In this document: one piece after another, positions 1-12,000 of the stretch
How the letters are laid out: each line of letters starts with the position of its first letter
Position numbering within the stretch: the first letter of the stretch is position 1
IMG/VR virus record: IMGVR_UViG_3300020578_000034
Location: 23,842-87,841 of that record
Source of the DNA: a virus
Taxonomy: Duplodnaviria > Caudoviricetes
Reading direction: 5' to 3' (one strand)
DNA length: 64,000 bases
The notes under the pieces: generated by a model
What the model was told of the DNA's origin: nothing
Databases searched by the model: none
Seen by the model: only the letters and a program-made list of their open reading frames with translations
Position numbers and translations under genes: made by a program

Positions 1-3000
1 GAAGGGGAGGCGGCCGGGGATACGCCAGAGGAAATTCTGGAGAGAATTCGCGACGCCCACGACGCCGCACGCGGCGACATCAGCGATATTGATGGCCCGG
101 AAGCCGGGATGAGCGACCCGGACTCGCGCCGATTCGTGGGGCGGACAGACGTCGAGTCCCGGGAACGGGAATTCTACGAATTGATGCTGGACGAACGAAG
201 GGCCGACGAAGCACTCACGACTGGCGACACGAGCGTTCTGCGTCCCCGAATACTCGACGATATTTTGGAATATCTCGGAGACGAGAACGAAGACGATCCG
301 GATTACGTCCCGTCTGCCGATGAGATCGCCTCTTTGGCGCAGGAATTGGCAGAGGAGGCAGTCGAAAAATTCATAAACGAGGATAATTACGTTGGCGGCT
401 CGTCCCGCAACCCTGTGTACAGGGGAAGGAACAACAGGGACCTGTGGCCCAGGCGCGACGAAATCTTCAGGAAATTCAGCGGAGGCGACGGGGAAGCCGG
501 AATGAGCAGAGGCGGAGGCGGCCCCGACGAATTGGCCGACAGATTCCGTAAGGCCCGAGAGGAGAGAGAGCAGCCCGGCAGCAGAGGTCTCGACGACGAT
601 ACGTCGGCAATGTTTAGACAGGCTGAGGATTCTTTGCGCGGAAGTTTCCGTCCGAAGACCAACGAAGTTGATAGGTACGAGTACAGCGACCGAGACAACA
701 TCAACGCCATGCGGTCGCAGGCCGAAATAATGAGGACGGACTACAACGACGAAGAAGCCGCCCAACTCTTTGAGCAGGCCGCGGACATCCTTGAAGATCG
801 ACTCGCGATGCCCAAGGATGACGACATCGTCGACGCAGAGATAGTAAGGACCTACGGGCAACTGGACGAACTCATTGAGAGCCCTTGGCGTCCTGCCGAA
901 AACATAACTCTCCACCTGGATCCGGTGGACGGAAGTATTCGCGAAGCCGATGCCTACGAAGCCGTGTATTTGGCCAACTCCGAAGAGGCCGAGCTGGACA
1001 TGTTCAACATCGACGACTACGACTCGGTCGGCTACGACGAAGCGGGCAATCTCGTCAGCCGGGCCCCCGACGGGGACGAAATAATCTTTACGGCGGAGCA
1101 GCTCGATTCGGCCGGTCATAGAAGGAAATACGGCAGAAGGACCTACGGGGAATTGGGAGAACTCGTGGAGAGCACCTTCCGCCCCTCGGAAAACGAACGC
1201 ATCTACCGGGATCCAACCAACGGGCGACTTTACCTGGCGGACTCTGGCGACCGGGACACCGGCGACGACGCGCCGCTCCCCGACTTCAACATCGACGACT
1301 ACGACTACGTCGGCTACGACGGAGAGGGCAACCTCGTCGTCCGCGGACCAGACGGGGACGACATAATCTTCACGGCGGAGCAACTCGGTGCCACCGGGAT
1401 GACCCGAGCGGAGATCGAGATGCTTGAGGCGGAGCGGATTGGACTTGCGAACTTGTCGGCACGACGCGAGAAGATGCGGGATGCCGGGATGTCTCCGGAT
1501 TATTCGGTCAGATCCCCGAGCTGGCGCGGTCAGGGTGAATTCTGGCTTGACACCTCGACGGGGAGAATCTTTTACAGGGACTCCACTGACTTCGAGGATG
1601 GGGACGGTTTTGACGGGGAATTCGTGGACATAGCGGGGGTGCAGTCGGAAGACGCCGATTGGATCCGCGAGAGTCTGCTCGCCAATTGGGACTCAATAGG
1701 TTTCAACACCAGGGGCGACTTCGTCTACAGGGGCGTCGACTTCGGGCAGGCGATGGACATCAACGACCCGGCACCGCCGCTTGACAATCGCGGGCAATTG
1801 ATACCGAACCAGGAAGAGGTCATATTCAGCGCGGAGCAAATCGCCTCCAGGCCCAGGATGAGGGACGACGACATCGTCGACGGGGAGATCGTCGACGACG
1901 ACGGGGAGGCCGGAATGGCCGGTCCGAACAGGAACAGACGCCGCGGGCGCGCCGTGGTAATCGATTCCGGAGAAAAGCTCGAGGAACTTTTCAGGAGAAG
2001 AAGGAGCGGGGAAGACATCTCGGACATGATGGAGGACATTGACCTGCCGAATCCGGGAGAACGTGCCATCACGGACCCACCCCCGGGTGCGGAAGCCGGA
2101 ATGGCCGGTCGCGCCAGGACCAGGGCGGAGAACGCGGACCTGGGGAGAAAGATCTGGTTGGCAAGGACCCACGACAAGCTGTCGTTGGACGAGGCCGGCC
2201 GTCGCTTCAGGACGTCCCGGCAGAGGGCCAGGCAGCTTGAGCTACTCCATCACAAGTACCTGCGCGACCTTGGTCAGCAGCACGCCAACAGGCTCGCACG
2301 GGCGATGGTCGACGACCCGATGACCGGTCTCACCGACTCCGAGGCGGATCTGCTCAGGCGACGTTTCGACGGCGAATTGCTCGAGGAGGCGGCTGAGCGA
2401 TTGAGGACCGACAGGTTCGCCATCAGGCGCATGGAGCAGCTCGCCCTCGCCAAGCTGAGGAACAGGATGATCGATGATGGTCCGTCGGGTGCGATGGCCC
2501 TCGGTCGTGGAGGCAGGGCGGTGGACGCCGCCCGCCCAAAAGCACCAGGGGCCGAAAGGCCCGGAAGCCGAAGAAGAAGAAACGCGGTTGATCCGAGTTT
2601 CATAGAGATCCTCAACTCGCTGAAGGAGTTGGGCGAGGACGGACTGAGCAACGCGCAGAGGGTGCGACTGGCGGCCCTGATGCGATTCCGTCGTGTGATC
2701 AGCAACAAGATAGACCAGTTGATGGTCGGCGGGTCGCGTCGTCGCCGCCTGTCCGCCGTCGCCCCGGAGGTTGACCAGCTCAACAAGTCCATGCGCGGCC
2801 CGTTCTCTTCGCTGGCCGAGGCCGCGAAGATAACCACGGGCAGCCCGAGGGATTTCGTCTCCTCCGCCATCAAGATCGCGAACGATGAGCAGGATCCGCT
2901 CGACATTGACGGACCGATAAACGTACAGGTCTTCGAGGCATTGCGGTCCACGAACGACGATTTCGCGGCTGTCGCCAGGACCCTCGGCATGGACGAGGAG

Positions 3001-6000
3001 ATCGTTCGCCTGCGAGCCGCGGCCCACACGTTGAGGTTGCTCGCCTCGGCGAGGCCGGCCAGGATGAAGGTTTTTAGGCGCCTGCAGAGCAGCGGTGACA
3101 CCCTGACGTCGATTGAGCGCTTCATCGTTGGGAAGTGGCTCAACGGAGCATCGGACCTTGACATTGCCGAGAGGATGGGGGACGGGTACGACGCGGCGCG
3201 CGTCGCCGCCACGAAGGTTGCGGCGCTAGCCAAGCTCCAGGTAGACGTGAACTCACCGGAGATGCGCAGCAGGGTGGTTGACGGGAGGATCTTCTACGAC
3301 GAGTTCGGTCTGTTCGTCGAGCTGACCGACGACGCCGGGGCCACCACCTACAACAGGATCGGTGACGGGCCGATGAGCATGGGGCTACCCGGCGACTTTT
3401 CGGACGCGTCCGGGGGTATGTCGCCTCCCAACCGCAGGGTCGTGTTCGCTGACTTCGGCGACGGGGGCAGGGAATACGTGGTCACTAGGACGGTCCGAAG
3501 GGACAGGGCGAACCCGAGCATGGAGTCAGTGATGATGATGCCGGTGAGGGGCGACGACCAGGCGACGGTGTCTACGCTCATCGGCAGGCAGCTGTTGGGC
3601 GACGATCGCGGGGCGAACCTCGAGTTCCCGGCGATTCTTTTGAAATCGGACGGAAGGATCACCGGCGTGGCCGACCTCTCGGGCAAAGCAGTTCGTTTCT
3701 ACGGTTCGCGCGTCATCAACGAATCCGCCCCCAGCGTCGCCGAGAGGGTCGGCGCGATAAGGGCCAACGACTCGGCGGCAAGGACGAAGATGGACCAGGA
3801 CGTCGAGGGCGCCGAGAGGAGACTGAGCGGTCTCATGAGGGCGCTGGACCACCTGATTAGCACGGGCGACTGGATCGGAGGCGACGCAAACGTGACCGGG
3901 AGGGTCCCCGAATACGCGACCATGATGAGGTACGGACTCGACTCCGACGACGACGGTACGCCGATCACTCCGCGCAACAGGACCAAGGAGCAGTTCGAGC
4001 TGGACGAGGCGGAGTTCTTCCTGTCCAGGTACCCGGACGCTCCCGCTGACATGGTGGAGCAGCACGTCCAGAAAGCCACGTCGGACCGGCTCGCCCAGGT
4101 GCGCAGGAAGGTCGATATCGCGAAGAAGGAGCTCGACAGGCTCAAACACGTCCGGGACTCCAAGGAGGTCAGGCGCTCCCAGAACGTCGTTGACCTCGAG
4201 ACGCTTGACGACGAGACGGCGAGGATGCTCGCCGACGAAACCGGATTCCTTGCGTCCATGTCCGGGCAGGATTACGACGCCGCCGGCGTGTCAAGGGGCG
4301 CTGACGGTTTCGCTTACGTTGTCCACAAGGGGCCTGACAGGCTCTCGGGTGGCGTGCTCGACCCTCGCATGTCGGCGGGCGTCGAGGGCCGCGCCGGGTC
4401 GGTGGCCGGGCAGGGCGACACGAGGGGGGCGAACAGGATCTACGTGGCGAGGTTCCTGCAGTCCGCGGAGGCGAAGTCCGACATGGTCAGGCACTCGTCC
4501 GACCTCGCCGCGAGGATCGCCCGAGGCGAGACGGTCGTCACCGCACACCCGTCGATACGTAAGGCGTTGAGGGCGCAATCCCAGCTCCTGTCGATGGCAT
4601 TCGGCGAAGGCGGATTGCTGAACATGGAGAACTTCGACGAGGCGCGCGTCGCCGCGATCGTCGCGGATGTCAACAGGTTCGTCGACGCCCAGAAACGCGA
4701 CCTCCAGCGCTACCAGAAGATAAGGGACTCGTTGACGAAGTTCGGCGGGAGGGACATGGACCAAATGCTGTCCGCCGAGTCGGACGCCACGCGCGCGGTC
4801 GGTTCCCTCGACTTCTACGGAAGGTACGCCGATTTCGACCTGCCCCGCGACGTCGTCAGCTTCTCGCCGGGGTTCACGGACGGGCTCACGAGAAGGTGGA
4901 CCCCCGTGGACGAAACGATGCTCGACCGGTGGGAGCTGACGGGCTCGCTGCGCGGCGGGGCGTTCCTGGCGGCGGGCAGGCTGGACGCGGAGATAGTCAG
5001 GGGCGGGCTGCTCGGACCGAGCGGCGAGTCGCAGATAATAGCCCCACTCAAACCCCTGATCGGAATTTCGACGCCGGTCAGGATCACGAACGACGTCGCG
5101 CCGAGCGACCCGAAGTTCCTTGTGCAGAGCCTCGGCCCGGCCCTGATGGCTAGGGCCATAAAGATGCACAAGCGCGACGGGTTCGTCGACATCGAGACCG
5201 TCCTGACGGACCCGGACTTGGCGCCGCAGGGTTACGTCGCGCGAACCGGGGACGCCGAGGCCGGTATGGCCGCGCTGGAACCGCGCAGGCCGATCCTCGA
5301 CGAGCGCGGGAGGCTCGACCCGATTTTGACGCGCGACCAAGCGTACCTGGACGACAGGGAGGAGAGGGATCTGCCAGATGGACCGATGCAGAGACTCCTC
5401 GTCCCGCAGACTCCGTCCACGTTCATCGAGGCCCCTCCTGGTGACCTCACGCCCGAGACGAGGAGGGCTCCGTGGGCGATCGGGTACACGGGTTCGGCGG
5501 CGGACATCGCCATTGGACTGGACGAGGATTACCCGGAACGACTGGTTCACGTCGTGGCACCCTCGGCGTTGCCGCCAGACAACGCAAAATTCCCCGTGAA
5601 CGAATCGGGCCCGCATCTGATGCTCGACCGGGAACCGCTGGACTTCCTGGTTCACGTGTTGAACGACATCAACCGCCTGACGGTGGAGGAGAGGGAAGCC
5701 TCGGAGAGATCGCTCTCGGACAGGGGCTACGAGGTCGAAAGATCGGAGTTCGACCCCCCGGACGATTTCACTCCGAGAGAACGTCACCCGACCTACCTTG
5801 TCGTCGACGTCAGGAACGAGCCGCAACTTCTGGGTCCCCCCGGAAGCGGGATCACGAGAATCATCAGGATCAGGGAAATCCTGAGGTTCAGACTGTCAAA
5901 CGAGGCCGACGAATCCCAGCCCGGCGGGGGACCGTTCTGGAGGCGAATCGACCCCGAGGCGGTCGCGAGAGGGGAACCTGGGAGAACCACGACCGATGGC

Positions 6001-9000
6001 CTTGGGTACATGGACTTCGTGATAGACGTCGACCCAACCTACGACGGAGACCTCATTGACGACACCAGGGAGGTGAGGATCAAGCCGGAGAGCATCGTCG
6101 GGAGAATAGTCTCCGCCGAGGAGCTGTCCGTCACCTCCCAAGTGACCAGGCAGCTCTACGAAGGGGACGGCGTTCGCCGCATGGGGTACCCGCGCCCCTA
6201 CGGTCGCTCCGGCGGCGACGCAGAGGCAGGGATGGCACTCGCTCCCCGCACGGCCGATCTGGTCGCAAGGACCGAGAAGTACTTCCCGTCGGACGACAGG
6301 AACGACTGGCTGATCCCAGAGTCCGTCATGCCGGACAGGGAGCAGGCGGAGCTCCTCGGCCTGCTCCGCGACGCGCTCGGCGGAAAGGCGATGACGCTCG
6401 GAGGAGAGCAGAGGTGGCGGATGCTCCTGCTCAAGGCTGAGTCCCTCCGTCGCCTGCGGAGCCTGAGGGGCGAGCTCCCGCACGAAAGGGACGAGATCGG
6501 CGTCTCGATGTACGACACGTTCGCGGCCGACACCGACAGGGGATACGGGCAGCTCATTCCGTTCGTGGAACCAGGGACGACGACGCACATTCGTTACGAC
6601 AGGAGCGGGAACCCGGTCGAGTACGTCCCGGTCAGGATCGGCAGGAGCATCGCCGACGCCTCAACGTTCGAGTACCACCCCGCGTCGCAGGTCAAGTACG
6701 CGCTCATTCTCTCCGGCAGGCAGCTTAGGACCTGGAACCACCCCGAGGGAACCGCTCCGGGGGTTTCGCAGCGAGTAGCGAGCTGGGAGGACGAGGGAGT
6801 CGAGCTTGACGTCCTAAGCGAGGAGATCCGCTTCCAGGCCTCGCGCACGAGGCAGATGGACGAACTTCTCGGCTTCACCGGCGACTCTCCGCAGAAAATA
6901 ATCCTCGCTCTCCGCCGAGCGGCCAGCGACAAGTCACCCAGACTCAGGGACAGGTTCGTGTACGACCCATACGGATACGTCGTTCTGTCCGACGCGCCGC
7001 GGAGGCAGGAGGACAGCGTCGTCGCCCTGCGCAGGTCCGAGAACTTTGCCGACCTGCAGAGACTGATCGCCGGCATAAAGAAGGACGAAAAGTCGGTGAA
7101 GGTTACGCAGGTCGTCGGCTACAAGCCAGGCTCCAAGACGAGACCGTCGCTGGTCGACCGGGTCATCCGCTCGCCCAGGGTGGTCAGCGGCGTGATGGAC
7201 GAGATCACGGGGGAGTTCGTGCTCGACGGTAACGGAACCCCGCACATCGTCGGGTACCTGCCCGACGGATCGCCGATAGCCGTCGAGATCTCCGACTTGG
7301 TATACGACCGCGTCTCGCCGAGGCGAGCCGACGACGAATTCTCGCCGTCGAGGAACCGCGCTCCAGGCGGGGATGCGGAAGCGGGGATGTCCTCCCCAAC
7401 GAGGTCCAACCTCTACAACTACATAAAAATGCGGCTGAGGGGCGAAGGCGGCGACCGGGACAGTGATTACATCGAGATATCCAAACTGCCCGGCACCGCG
7501 AGGGCGAGGGACGGCGGTGCGTTCGACACGAGCCCGGCGGGAATAATAAGGAGGATCGTCGCCGCGGTTCGCAAGAGGGACAGGGACGCCGGAGGAAAGG
7601 TGGGTCTCGTCTTCTCCTACCCGAGCTCGGTCAAGGACAAGCCGGGCGTGAAGGAGGACAGGAACAGGACCATCTTCAACCCACTCGTCGTGTACGGCGA
7701 GTACGACAAAACCATCGGCGAGACCCGGATCCTCGTGACGGACGACCGAGGCATAACGAGGCTCGTCCCGATGTCGCAGGTTGACCTGTCCAAGCTCGCA
7801 ACCGACGAGGAGAGACTCGGGGACCACTCCAGCAACAACGACGTGCAGGTCGGGGACCTCAACGCATACGTGGTCGGCGACGAATACGTGGACGGGAAGA
7901 AGCAGAGGAGAGTGTTCAGCACCGACAGGATGAGGCCGGTGATACGCGACGACGACGAGAGCACGAAACCGAGGCCGGCGACCAGTCGACCCACCGCTGA
8001 CACGACAAGCGAGGCGACGGACAGCCCGGACACGCGCGAGATCCCAATCGTTGCCAGCGACTCCGACGACCAAAATCTTGTGGGCCAGATCGAAACCAGA
8101 CCCGGCGAGTTCGACGCAGTGACGCTCGATCCCCGGCCCGAGTACGTCGCACCCGGTGCGGGGATCGACGGGGCGAAACCCACGGCGAGGGAGGTCGCGC
8201 GGGGCTTGGCGCGCAACGACCCCAAGGCCATAGAAGCGGGTCGGGCGGACGAAAAAAGGCTGTGGGAGCGAATAAGGCTGGGCACCGAAAAGTGGATCGA
8301 AACCTGGAAAAAGAGGGCGGTTATAGACGAAGAGACCGGCGAGGAGGTGATAGATCCGAAAACTGGCAAGACCGCCCTCAGAACGCCTTTCAGGAAGGCG
8401 TGGCGACCCTGGGGAAATCCGATCGGCCCCGACGGCAGGGAGCTTCCGACAGGCATCAAGGCCGAGATGGACAGAATCAGGAGCTGGCCTGAGTTCATGA
8501 ACTTCATAAGGCGCAAGAAGCTCGTCTTCGTCGACTGGGAGACGACCGGCATTCCGATAGGCGAGATTGACACGGGTAGGCCACTGCAAGTGGGCATCAT
8601 CGTCGTCGAAAACGGGGATTTCGCAAACCCCAAACGACTCGAGGTGTGGATAGATCCCGCCGGCACGCCGCTGTCGGATTGGACGAAGAAGAACGTGAAG
8701 AAGAACGGCATCCCCGTCGGTCAAGCGCTAGCGACCTCACCGGGCGAATTCGTGCCCGTCGACGAGGCGCGGCGCCTAATAGCGGAGGTCGTGGGGGCCG
8801 ACGGAATAATCATCTCCCACAACATGAGGAATTTCGACATGTCGCTGTGGAAGGAGGTGATGGGCGAATACCCCACCGCCGGCTGGATGGACACGCTCGC
8901 CATCGCCAACTGGGTGTTCCACATCGACTCCTACAGGTTCAAGCAGATCCAAGCACACCTGAATGGTTCTCCGTCGGCGAAGTCCGGTAAGAAAAACTAC

Positions 9001-12000
9001 GACAGGGACATGAACCCGTTCGTCAACTGGATCTCAAAGGTCATCACGATCCGCGGGAAACATCCCGAATACCCGCATGCCAGGTCGTGGGGGGGAAGAG
9101 GTGGCAAACCAGACGCCCTCGACAGGATAGGACGCAGGGCCACCGGTCCGCTGAAGTACATACCGATGTTGAAAAAGGAGGGTCTCGGACAGTGGTACCC
9201 GAAGTTCGTGTCGTCCAACGCGCTCGAGGCGCTCGCCCGGTACTTCGACGTGCCCGTATTGGCGGCGCACGACGCAGTGGCGGACATAAACGTTACCGCC
9301 AAGGTCTTCCTGGAAATGGTGGCGCTCGCTGAGCGGTGGGGAAGGGCCGATCAGATGTTTGACCCAAATTTAGTGCAATGGGCGCAGGACCAGGTCGACA
9401 ACCAGTACACGGCCGACCTCGGCGCTTGGAGAAACCAGAGCGGCATCACGGAGCGACCGCGCGAGAGATTGTTCGACCCGGAGACGCCGACGCAGCCCAG
9501 CGGCGGAGACGCGCCAAGGGAACCGCGACCAGGGGGCGGTGGTGGTGGGGCGTCCACGCCCCCAGGCGGGGGAGACACCCGACCACCGGGAGGCGGAGGG
9601 ACGCCACCCAGGGACGACGGAGACCCGAACAGGAGGCTTTTGTACCAGACGGTCTCGGGGGTCCGCGTATACGAGACGCCCACGGGCATCCACTACGAGT
9701 TCAAGTCGGTCTCACCCAAGGACGGGCCGGGCCCCGCAACCGCCGCTTTGGCCACGTTCAACGAGGCGCGGGATGCAGGATTCGCGATCGAGTTCAACTA
9801 CGGCAGGAATCCGGACGGGTCGACGGCTGCGTACAGAATCATCTCAATCGAGCTGACGACCAAGTCGGGAGTCAGGCAGTCGGAGGCACTCGGGCCAAAC
9901 GACTTGGTGGTCCACGGAATTGACCTAGCGGACGGGAAACTCAAGAAGTTTGATTTCGCCCAGATAAACGCAGGCGGCAACACCCCCCCGAGACCCAGCG
10001 AGCTGACGGAGCTTCCCGCGAACATATACGGCGTACGCACGTCGGCCGGCCCCGGGGGCAAACCTACGACGCCCGCCCAGTACGCCGACCACATGAGGAG
10101 GAGGAACTTCGGGAGAAGGAGGTCGCCGGACGGACCGTTCGCCGGCATGGCGGGCCTGACCAACAGGGACGGAGCGACGGACTCATCCTCCTACTGGGTC
10201 GCAACCAGCGACGACGTGGCCATGGCGGACATGTCCGATGTCGAGCTATCCGAGCAACTCGCTGCGCACAGGCTCAGGTTCGAGAACGCTTTCCACTCGG
10301 GGCCGTCCTCGAACGCCGCCATGTCGAGGGCGCTCGATTCGGTCGCCGCCGCCAACAGGGTGATGAGAATCAGGTCAAACGACAGCACGGACCAAAACGG
10401 ATTCTCCGTGTCGATGGGCAGGATGGGGTACAAGCTGACCGGCGAATTCAGGGCCCCACCGGGGATAATGGACGGAAGCTACGAGCTCCCCGGTGAGTTC
10501 GTCGCCGACAGGGCCGAGCTGGCAAGGAACGCCAACCTGTCGCTGATGCTCGACTACTCGGTCGCCAACGGAGAGATTGCGGAGGCCCTGGAGAGGGTCT
10601 CAAGGTTGTCGCGAGTCCCCAGGTCCGAGCTCCTCGGCAGGCTTTCGACGCACGACTACTCGACGTACTCGGACGCAATCACGTCAAGGGCGTTCAGGAA
10701 CACGTCCGAGATGGTGTCCGATGGCGTCGCCACCCCCTCCTCGCTTGGAATGATAATTGACCCCGCCTCGGATCCGGCTAGCGCTGCGCGCGCCGTGGAA
10801 TCGGCGCTGCGCAGGCTGGGGATCAACACGCTGGACATTGGCAACGGGTTGAGGAGGGGAGGGAGGAACTACGCGCAAAGCGAGGCGGACGACCTCATCA
10901 ACCAGTTCAACGAGTCGGTTTCGGACCTGTTCTCCTTCGACCATGACGGTAGGCGTTCCGATCCGGAGTTCAGGGTCAAGTCCGACGCGATCAAGGACAA
11001 GATAAGGGACTTGAGCGACGAGATCAGGAGGAGACACCTGTCTTCGCCGCAAGCGGACGCGGAGGCCGGCATGGGCACCCCGGACCCCGACCTCCGCCGC
11101 GTGATGAGCGATTTCGTGCGAATCGCCCCATCCATGGATTTCGAGGTCGCCAGGGACGCAGGGTTTGACGAGGATTGGAAGCGCCTCTCCGACCAGATAA
11201 TCGACGACTTCGCCCGGCGACCGGACGTACAGACGGAGGCGATCAAGTTCGCAGCGTTCGGCGACGCGCTGAAAGGCAGGGCGAGCGTCGTCGGTCTGGC
11301 GATTGACCGAGTATTCGACCCGAGCAAAGCCCGCGTCTCCGCGAATTCCCCATTGGGGCGCGATTTGATCAAGTCCGCCGCGAAGATCCTCGCGCTCATC
11401 TACGACGTGAAGTTGGGGTCGACGGACATGCTCGGACTTCTGGGTTCCGCACCGGGGGCTGGCCCCGGCTCCGGAGTCAGCGGGCTGGACGTCACCTACA
11501 AGATGATCGATTCCGGCGCCGCCGCACTGTTCGCCAGGGGCGGCCGAAGGGCGCTGGTCGCGTACCTGGCGGAGGCCGTGAGCCTTGGTCTGGTGCCTGC
11601 CTACAGGGCCATGGGGATTCTCGACAGGCTGTCCCCATCCCCCAGGACCGCGGCGACATCCTCGGATGCCGAGGCGGCCATGGGCCGGTCTGTCGGTTCG
11701 TCGCCGTTCGGCGACGCCGACGGGATACCGATTCTGAGCGGATCAAAGTGGTTTGACGCGCGGCTCCACGCCATGTTCGGCACAAATTACGAAAAGATAG
11801 CGACTGGGTTCGGGAACCGTTTCAGGACGCTGCCCGACAGGATCTGGAACTCGCCGACCGACGACGACCTCGTCGACATCTACCACTACGCCACGATGCT
11901 CAACCACGACTCGATGATCGAGGACCTCGTCATAAGGGGCGACAGGGTGGACGCCGTCGACTTCTCCCAGTTCGACGTGGCGGACGCGGGACAGGCCCCC

